Assembly: GCA_021432655.1 (NCBI GenBank)
Contig: MU271541.1
Location: 1 to 47,607 of the forward strand
Direction: 5' to 3'
Origin: Atractiella rhizophila
Taxonomy: Eukaryota
DNA length: 47,607 nucleotides
How positions within the stretch are numbered: the first letter of the stretch is position 1; every line of letters starts with the position of its first letter. Below are positions 39,251 through 47,607 of this stretch, one piece after another. A program made the position numbers and the translations under genes. The notes beneath the pieces were generated by a model. The model worked only from the letters and a program-made list of their open reading frames with translations. It ran no database searches and had not been told where the DNA came from.

Positions 39251-40009
39251 CACCCAAATTTTGATCCAACCATTGTTCTAAGTATTCCATATCACTAACA
39301 GGGAATATCTTTATGTTGGCCGAAAAGTCAATAAGACAAGAGTTTAATGCTCTTCCAGTCTGAGAAGATGTCAACATTCAAGTTTTCAGTTGAAAACTTC
39401 ATTAAGTCTCCTTCTTTAAACACATGTAAACGTTGAGTAGGCTCCTTATGCTTGGCTTATTGAGGTGAAGCAAGCTTGAGGCTTTCGTGGGCAGTCAGAA
39501 GGTCAAGGTCGAGCTTTCAATAAACTCTTTCATAGAGGCTACTGTAGGTTCTAGTACCTATAATCGCTCCAGTGTAATAGGATGAAACCAGCATCAAGTT
39601 TTAAAAGGTGTTTAACTGATTGAGGCATGTATCACGTTGTTATATGCGAACTCAAGAGAAGGAAGAAGTTCATCCCAATTGTCCTATATATAGTTGGTAT
39701 AGTGACAGAGTGCTTCTTTTAACACTTCCGATTGTCCATCCGTTTGAGGGTAAAAGGCAGTTAAAACTTGAATATGACTCAACATATCTTCTGACATCCT
39801 TTGTCACGTTCTTCCAGTACTATGACTGCGACACCAAAGCACTGTCTTTGTGTACCTAGGTTACCCGATGTTTCTGAATTATGTAATTCCTATGTAGTTT
39901 GAAGTTTAAGTGCTTTGAAGTCTGGAATATATAGTACCCCGTTATCTGTTACTTCATTTTTGTTATAAATTGGCTACAAAGTGAAGCTGATATATCTTCT
40001 GGAGCTGAC

Positions 40010-40103
40010 CATACTCAACGATGGGATGGTGCAGAAGAGTGGTTCCGAAAACGATTCATACTCCACGATGGGATGGTGTATGAGAGTGGTTCCGAAAACG
40101 ATT
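40010..40103. repeat. 47-bp tandem duplication
   Basis: 40010-40056 and 40057-40103 are near-identical (CATACTC..GGTTCCGAAAACGATT). Confidence 0.9.
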
Positions 40104-41509
40104 AACTTGCAATGAAATCTATTTGTCTGTTCAGTAGATTCTCTATGGTAGCAATGCAGAAGAAAACAAATGGAAGGACAGAAAGAATAACACATCTTCA
40201 CCCAGATATGGTCTCAACTATGCTCATTTTGAGAACTATTGCTACTTACGCCAACTGCCACATCACCTGTCAAATCCAACTTGACCTTACCCAACTATGG
40301 ACTTTACCTAGCACTTCCCTCACAATCTTAGCCTTCTCTTTTTCCGTTGACCACACTGAATTGTATGCACAGCCAATTGACAACCATGGTCTTCTTATAC
40401 CTATGGAGAGTGAGGGTGCATGTGAAGAGCTGGCAGAGGTAGTCTCCAACTTTTGTGCCAGTTTGAAAGGAGTAAGAGGAGGAACTGCTGTGGGAAGGTG
40501 AATGTGGTACCAAAGAGCAACTTGAAGGAGCTACTCCATCTGATTGCCATGGTTGATAAGGTTGGCATAGGGATGAATGTGTGAGCGAAGGTAGCTTTCA
40601 TCCTCCCCAAGTATCGTTCACCGCTAAATGTCCAAGTTGCCTATGAAGGTCTAAGCTAGTCTTAATAGTCTACAATGTGGAGGAGAAAGTGAAGAATATT
40701 GGACAGGCTAGAAGGTAATCACATGTGTACTGGTTGTAGAGCACTTGGTACTTTACCACCTAGTTTTTTAGTCCTTCCCTCAACTCTGACAGAGATCTTG
40801 CTTCTCCATTAAATACTGGACACACAGGAGGATTATTGTCCTCCAGTCCAAGAAATGTTGATAGTAAGGCTGCTTTAAATGATCTCAAAGTATAAAAGGT
40901 CCGGTAAAAATAACAAAGTTGGCAAAATCCTCTGTAGTAGCTTTCGAACGGTCATCATGAAGGTGGTGAAAGTGCTGTCCAACAGAGGATGGGATCGTCT
41001 TCATTGCGTTTTCGGTGTCCTTTCCATCAACACCCAATCCTCCTTCGAAATCACATAATCTTCCTTATTATCCTTATCAAACTCCTTCAAGACTCCAAAT
41101 ATGAGCAAGTTCTTAGTCATGTTCTCAATGGCCAGATGCAAAAAGTCCAATATGAAGGACCAGGGAAAGATAATTCTTGTTGTGGCAAGACTCAGTAGGG
41201 TAAAGATTGAGATCATAGACAATCCCAGGCCAGCAGTCGTATTTTCTATATTTGAAGAGCTGGAATCAATCGGAATAGATTTCTGGAGCGATATATCTTG
41301 GGCCTTCAAAATGTTTGTATTTCTGTTTCTCCCCATCAATCACAACATATCTGCTCTTGAGCCTTTAATAATGCTTGTCATCAAGGAGATTAGATGGCTT
41401 CCCTTTCTGATTGTGGTGTTTGCTTCAAAAGGACATTTGTTCACCCATCTCCTCATTGCCCATTGCTGTCCATAGTTGAGGAATGAGAGGGATATACTTC
41501 CACACCTTC

Positions 41510-41724
41510 TGTCAGGCTTGCTCCTACACATTACCGAAATGCACCATCTAAAGGCACGTGACCACTTTACCATGTCAGTGGATCACATGCTTACCTATCG
41601 CCACTTTGCTCATGCCCGCACTGTCCCCCGCTTTCTCCTTTCTCACACAAATCGCCATTACCGTTTATGGCAGTGCCTTTGCATATGTATATATACATCG
41701 AGATGGAGTGGTGGTGACCTTAGA
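41510..41724. repeat. LTR family B, copy 2 (215 bp, internally deleted, inverted relative to copy 1)
   Basis: TGTCAGG...CCTTAGA; lacks the TRIM and ~150 bp of copy 1. Confidence 0.85.
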
Positions 41725-43031
41725 GTATTCACTTAGATTTACCTCCACTACAGGTTTAGTCTTCTCATGCCATACTATTCTCTTAGGTTTACCTCCACTA
41801 AAGATGCATCGCCCATTGGCGACCGCACATAGTGTTTGCCCTAACACCTTCCTTGTATTTGTGTTGTTGTCGTAGCGAGGTTTGTTGTAATAAGGGCAGT
41901 GTGCATGAGACTCATAAAGAGGACAATTGAAATTAACACGAGTATATGCAGCATGCAAACTTTTTTACTCTGAGTTCAGCAAGCTTTCTAAGTTTTCGGA
42001 CTAGCTTAGGTAGGCTTGTAATCTCCAGCTTGTCTGATCATCCACATCTTGCTCATCAAAATATTCTTCTGTTGATGGCCCATTTTCAGGTGGTGCATCA
42101 AACTAGGCCGCTTGGCTAATCTCTGTGGCTTCTTCTGCTTCATCCCATCCATCATCAACTTTTAATGGCCAATGAGTGGCACATGGTCAACATCCATGCT
42201 TTCAAGACCACCTCCTGTATTGGAGCAATCGAAATCATGGCTGAATCAATGAGAGAAAATGTACATTAGAAATAAAGCAATGAAATTCCATAACCAAAAC
42301 TCTTCCCATTGTATCCAAGGAGGCAACACACTTGAGCTAGGTCAAACTATTCCTGCTCATCCATGGACTGCCTCACTCTTGCTCTATCTCTTCTGTTCTA
42401 CTTCACTACTCTCTTGATCTCATCCATCTTCCACTTTGAACTCTTGAACCTGCTAAACTTATGTGCGTCAACATCCTGCATATGTCGAATGATGTGCTTT
42501 TGAGTGAGTGTATGACGACAACCACATGGACAGGTTTCGGAATGCAGGCATGCTTGATCATGTCCTGAGTATTGCCTCTTGGATTTCTTCAGAGCGGTAG
42601 GTGGGCAATGAGAAGTTGGTTCAGGTGCAGGATGAGGTGCCATAGGTGCCATGAGGTTGTTCGTTTGATCACTGAGCTGAACAATTGATGCCCGATGCCC
42701 TATGATGTGTGGTGCACCCAAGTCCATTCATTCTTCTTCACCTGCATTAGCTCCTACAAGGTTATATTTTTCAATGCACATCAATTCCAGTTGCAAACCA
42801 CTATAGCACTAGCCGCTTATTTCATTTCCACCCTACTGCTTTGCATGGAGAAACATGCTGTTTGAAACTGGATTGATTCCCATAGTCTCTACCATGATAC
42901 AGATTTTTCCTGTTTTTCAATCCAGTCACTTTCCAGTAAGTTGCTGTTTTATTCCAGTTCATAATGGCAACTATTACCGTTTCCAACTTGCTTTACATCG
43001 AAGCTTTTCTTGTAAAAAGGGTTCCACAGCA

Positions 43032-43382
43032 TGGTCTGTTTCTATTGATGTCGGTTGCACTCTCCAGCTTCAATCATGAATAGCTTTGCTGATTGATGCT
43101 CTTAGTGTTCCACTACTTCAAATCAAAGGCCGAGCAATCCGACATCGGTTCAGCATTAGGAAAGGGCCTGCAACCGTCCAGCGGCCTGGTGAACCAAAGG
43201 CTGGAATGAAGCAGGATGCAGGTTCAAGTGCTGCTGATCATGTTGACGAGAAGTGAAACACAGGAAGGGCTGTATTGTAGGTCAGGGTGCCATTTTATAT
43301 GTTGCTGAATCCTGTTGCTCCTGTATTTGCTATTTTCAGAAAGGTTGCCATCAATTTTTTACTCGGCTGTGTAATGCAGAGA
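43032..43382 (+). pseudogene. Duplicated 3' end of MFS-B (exon tail, last intron, intact last exon 43106-43256, 3' UTR)
   Basis: The last exon differs from 23483-23633 at 12 of 151 nt, with no indel and the same stop. Confidence 0.9.
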
Positions 43383-43579
43383 GGATAATGCCCTATGCGT
43401 GAGGTGTATTAACTGATGTGACGTTATGCTGACTAGACTTGCAGACACCCTTTGCCCTTCTCAATACATTGCACAAGGATAACAGAACGTTAAGCAATAC
43501 ATCGAGACATCACTCCGTCGAATATGCACACCGAAACTCGAAAAGAAGATGGCATAGTGAGAGACTAGTCACGGTCGTT

Positions 43580-45036
43580 CCTTTAGCTCTCGCAAGGCTT
43601 TTTGGACTTGAACAGCTTGTTCTGCCTGCGTAATTTGAACTGGCAGGTTCTGTGCATGACGCCATCCTTCAGTGGTGGGATATAAAGTGAAAGCGAGTAA
43701 AGCGTACCTTCAATACTGCGTCAACAGTTTCCATGCCTTGCTTAATACCCTCCGCTGATGCCAGGATTCCTTTGTCTAAAATGCCAACCTTAAATCAGCA
43801 ATTCTAAAGTGAGATGAAGGACGAACCATCTTCGACAACTTCCATCATTACGTCGTCCTTTGAGCCCAAGGTTTCTTCGATGGTTCCCAAGAGTTTCTCG
43901 ATGCTGTTCCCGAGCTCATCGGGCAGTCGTTTCCGATCTGTGGTGTTCTTCATCATGACTCCAAACAGCTTCTCTTGGTAATTCTCCACTTGTAGATGCA
44001 GCTCTTCATTCTTCGGTGCGTACAGTTGAGGTCGCGCTACGTGATTAGGATAAATATTTGGCATGGAGTTGATGGTCGTATTGCCTGCGAGGAGCTTGAA
44101 GAGTGGTTCCAGATAGGTCTATTGCAGAACACTGAACGTTAGTGTTAACTGATGGCGCAACCATGCTGTTTCTCAATTTCTGTAACTTCTTAATAAGATG
44201 ATGGCCTTCCAGGCTTGCAGCGGTTTCGTATGGAACAAATATGCCCTCAAGACCAAGTAAGAAACTCGAGGTCCAGTGCCAGTAGTAAACAACTCAACAA
44301 GGAATTTAGGACCAAGAGTTCCCATTTTCTCGAAATAAAGGTCACAGAATAACCATGATCGGTGGCCTGCAACAGTATATTTCTACAGATTTTGTGAGGG
44401 AGAAACGGTAAAGTTTGGTCTTATAATGTTCGGAGGCTCACTGCTGCTTACCCCTAGAAATGTGAATATCGTTTGGATTGCACTTGCAAATGGATGGTGC
44501 GGCAGGCAAGCTAGTATTCAGATTGACACCTTTGTTGGGCGCTTCATATGTGTGAGGTTTTGATCTCCCCAGAAGTCGTAAGACAATAACGATGTGAAAA
44601 AAGTAGAATGTCTGAACCAGTGTTGCCTATTGGCAAGCAAAACGAGCTACAGAGCGTACTACCCCTACTCTTCCTTCGTATTCAAGACCACACACCTTGT
44701 TCACAATATCCATAACCTCGTCTTTTCCTGCAGCAACTCCCTCCTCCAGAAGTGCCTTCTCAACGCACTCCTCCAAATCCTTCCGAATAACATCCAGTAC
44801 GTGTTCCCACTGCTCACGTGTGTCAAAATCTACGCGCTGGGCCGCATTCGAAGATGGAGAACCGGCTAGAGAAAGTGATTGGCGCTCCATCGAAAGTCGC
44901 GTCCTTGATCGCGTCGTTGTTTCCTGTATCAACAAGTTGATGAAGGTTGATGTAGCATATGTCTCCGTCTTTCTCACAAGAGTTTCAGATATGGCAGTTC
45001 TATTGAACCTTTCGACGATTGCATTCACTGAGTCCT
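43580..45036 (-). CDS. Hypothetical multi-exon protein (start uncertain)
   Basis: Coding-like ORFs 44627-45028 and 43804-44064 on the same strand with intron signals between them. No family recognised. Confidence 0.5.
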
Positions 45037-45212
45037 AAAAAGGGCCATGTAAGTGCATCAAAAGCCATCTCATTTCTTCATGTAACATTTCTTCACGTAA
45101 GATAAGACGCCAAACACGCCAATCATCTCAGCCGTTGGCTGACGAGGTATCATTAAGGTATCATTCAAAGCTTTTTGTTCACCACCTACCTCTCCCACGC
45201 AATCTCTTTAAA

Positions 45213-47607
45213 TCAACCCACAGTCTTCTGCTCCGTCAACTCCTTCCTCTGCTCTCTCAACCTCTCCCGCCTCTCGTTTCTCCTCCTCTTGCTCTCCTTT
45301 ACTCCAAACCCGTTCTGGAATAGCGATGGTACCTCTTCGATGGCAAGACCACAGGCTTCAGGGAAGAAGAAGTAGATGAAGACGTAACCGATCGTACAAA
45401 CCGCGGCGTATAGACCAAACGCACCAGAAGGAGTAATCGAGTGCAAGAGCGACAAGAAAGTTGAGCTGACCAAAATGTTTGGCCCCCAATTGAACAGTGT
45501 AATGTTGGAAGCTGCGAATGCCCTAACTCTGAGGGGGAAGAACTCCGACGTTGTCCAAGGGACATTACCTACACAAGGTCATATGAAACTTATACAACAA
45601 AAAGAAGACGGAGACAACATACCGAGACCAGTAGCGTAGCCAGCGACATAGATCAGCATGCTCGCAAGTACCAAATTGCTCGCCCATCCTGAGCCTTGAC
45701 CATTCGAAGTAATTGGATTTCCGCTGTCATCCTGGGGGACGTGATCGAACGCAATTGCAGCGATTACCTTTCATGGTTTCAAAGCAACCGTTAGACCTTT
45801 CCATACCGAAGAGGAGAAAAGCGAGGGTAGCCAAGCGTACAAGGGCAACAGGCATTATCCAAGCAGACCAGAGCAGAATCCGTCGTCTTCCAATACGATC
45901 GACAAGGAGCAGTGAAACATTTGTGAACACAAAGTTTGTTGCGGAAACAGTGAGCGAGATGAGTAGCGGGTTAGAGGTGAAGCCAACTGTCTGGAAGATG
46001 GTCGCCGAGTCTGCAGAGTTGCTCGTATGAGGGTCGCACTGGGGTAATCTAAGGAATCCACTCACAGTACATCTGTGGCGCGGGTTATCAATAACATGTT
46101 CCTCGCTTGTCAGAAGAGGCTTACCAGAGTATTGAACCCACAAAACTGCTGAAAAGCCATAGAACCACACGCTGAAACGAGCGCTCGCAGATTAGGGCCC
46201 TGGTGATTCAACACGTCCTTCAGTTTCGATATCTTAATGCAAGAGACAGAAAGTGGGAAGAAGAACCTTAGTATACATCTCCTTACAGAGAGCCTTCGTT
46301 GAAGTCCACCAACTGCCTTGACCTCCATCTGGGCTAGAGAGGATGACCATTCGCAACAGCTCAATCTTATGGTCCAGTTGCTCGTCGGTTGCGAACGGAA
46401 AAGTCTTCTTGATCACGGCGCGTGCGTCTGAGTCTCGCCCCTTTCGGATGAGATGACGGGGTGTTTCAGGTATCAGGGGAAGCAGGAAGAAAAGGACAAT
46501 CGCAGGGATGGCTGATCTCATAATGAGATGTGCTGACGGACACAGAGGGAAAAAGGCAAACCTCCGAGAGCTACCATGTACCTCCATCCCTAGATTGCCA
46601 TTTCAGCATGTTGCACTGGACAAGAGGAGGAAACGAGATAAAACCTTGTGCACGTGATAGAAAGCCTCGTCAATTGCATACGCAATGAGCTGGCCACCAG
46701 TGATACACAGTACATCTAATTAAAACTGATCAGCAGAGGGTTTCACGTCCACCATATTTCAAAATACGAACCGACTACAACCAAACGACCTCTATATCGT
46801 TGTGGTGCTACTTCCCCAATGAACAGAGGGACGACCATTGACGCCAGGCCCACTCCAAATCTAGTCCAGAATTGAGAGGTTAGATTGAGCATGCTGGAAT
46901 AAAGACAGTAGACGGACCCAACGATCAAACGGCCGATAACCATCTGCCGAAAATTCAGACTCATTGAGCTGGTGCTGGAAGGAGCAAGAACGAAGTATAC
47001 GTACCTGGGCAAAGGAGTACGAAACTGCCTGCAAGACTGATCCTAGAACAAATCTGTATAGGAATATACGTCAGCAAGTGAGCTGAAGGGACCTCAGACA
47101 GGACAACAAACACAACAGTTGAGAGATACATCACGCTCTTCCTTCCCCATTTGTCCGCGAGAAATCCAGCAAGAAGAGCAAATATGAATGCACCAGCGCT
47201 ATATGCCATCCACAATAGATTAACAAGTGTTCATGAAGGAGAAAGTGCATAATTGGGAAGACGAACCTAGTGATTGAGGTCAACAGTTCTTTCTGGCCGC
47301 TTGTCAATTCGTGGGAAGTTCGAAGGTCAAGTCCAACGGTGATAAATACACCATTCATCACACCAGTATCGTCTATCAAGAGCGAGTTTCAGGCAATTAC
47401 TGTCTGGGCATGGAGGACATACAACCAAACAACAATCCATCAGCTGCATTTGACTTTAATCAAACTTTGACGCTGGGAGAAAAGTAAAGGACTAACCTGC
47501 CGATACAGCGAAACAGACGAGCCAGATCCACTTTGAAGGCTGAGTAGCCTCGATGGAATCGTGATAAAACGCAGCATCGAGGTCGCTTGAAATTTTTTCG
47601 CCACCAG
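45213..47607 (-). CDS. MFS sugar porter, myo-inositol transporter (ITR)-like; 5' end outside the window
   Basis: DTGV, LADKWGRK, GRLIVG.GVGLASMVVPLFIGEVAPQRYRGRLV, PETPRHL, FQQFCGFNTL, VDRIGRR, GNVPW..SEFFPLRVR and PEACGLAIEEV. Confidence 0.92.

Larger units (their letters stand above)
39950..42727 (-). mobile_element. Decayed CACTA/EnSpm (Tnp2-type) transposase
   Basis: N-terminal CPCGC..H, AYT..CP..CPYYNKPRYD, FPWSFILDFLHLAIEN..DYVISKEDW, LHFLLHIVD..TWTFSGERYLG and GKVKL..GD..DHIWVK. Interrupted by LTR-B copy 2. TTCCAGT-like subterminal repeats at ~42780-42990. Confidence 0.8.

Noticed and set aside
23742..43031. Starship-like or tyrosine-recombinase element
   Set aside because: No captain/recombinase ORF or cargo genes were visible; the content is decayed TEs.

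Overview
Intron-rich fungal (basidiomycete-like) genomic DNA in three parts. (1) 1-23.7 kb is gene-dense: a UIM-repeat/proline-rich protein, a multi-pass membrane protein, two paralogous multi-exon MFS transporters, two secreted germin/spherulin-like cupins, an alpha/beta hydrolase and COP9 signalosome subunit 6. (2) 23.7-43.0 kb is an AT-richer island of nested transposons: a full-length but frameshifted Ty1/Copia element with LTRs, PBS, PPT and a 5-bp TSD, Ty3/Gypsy and Copia remnants, a decayed CACTA/EnSpm transposase and isolated LTRs. The island is bracketed by a ~340-bp diverged direct duplication of an MFS gene's 3' end. (3) 43.5-47.6 kb holds a hypothetical gene and a 5'-truncated myo-inositol/sugar porter. 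The most striking object is a young 523-bp non-coding mini LTR retrotransposon (TRIM) at 36935-37457. Its LTR/internal junction reads as a tRNA-Tyr-like Pol III promoter, and its primer-binding site is complementary to its own predicted 5' end, suggesting Tf1-like self-priming. Exon boundaries were read by eye and are approximate unless stated.
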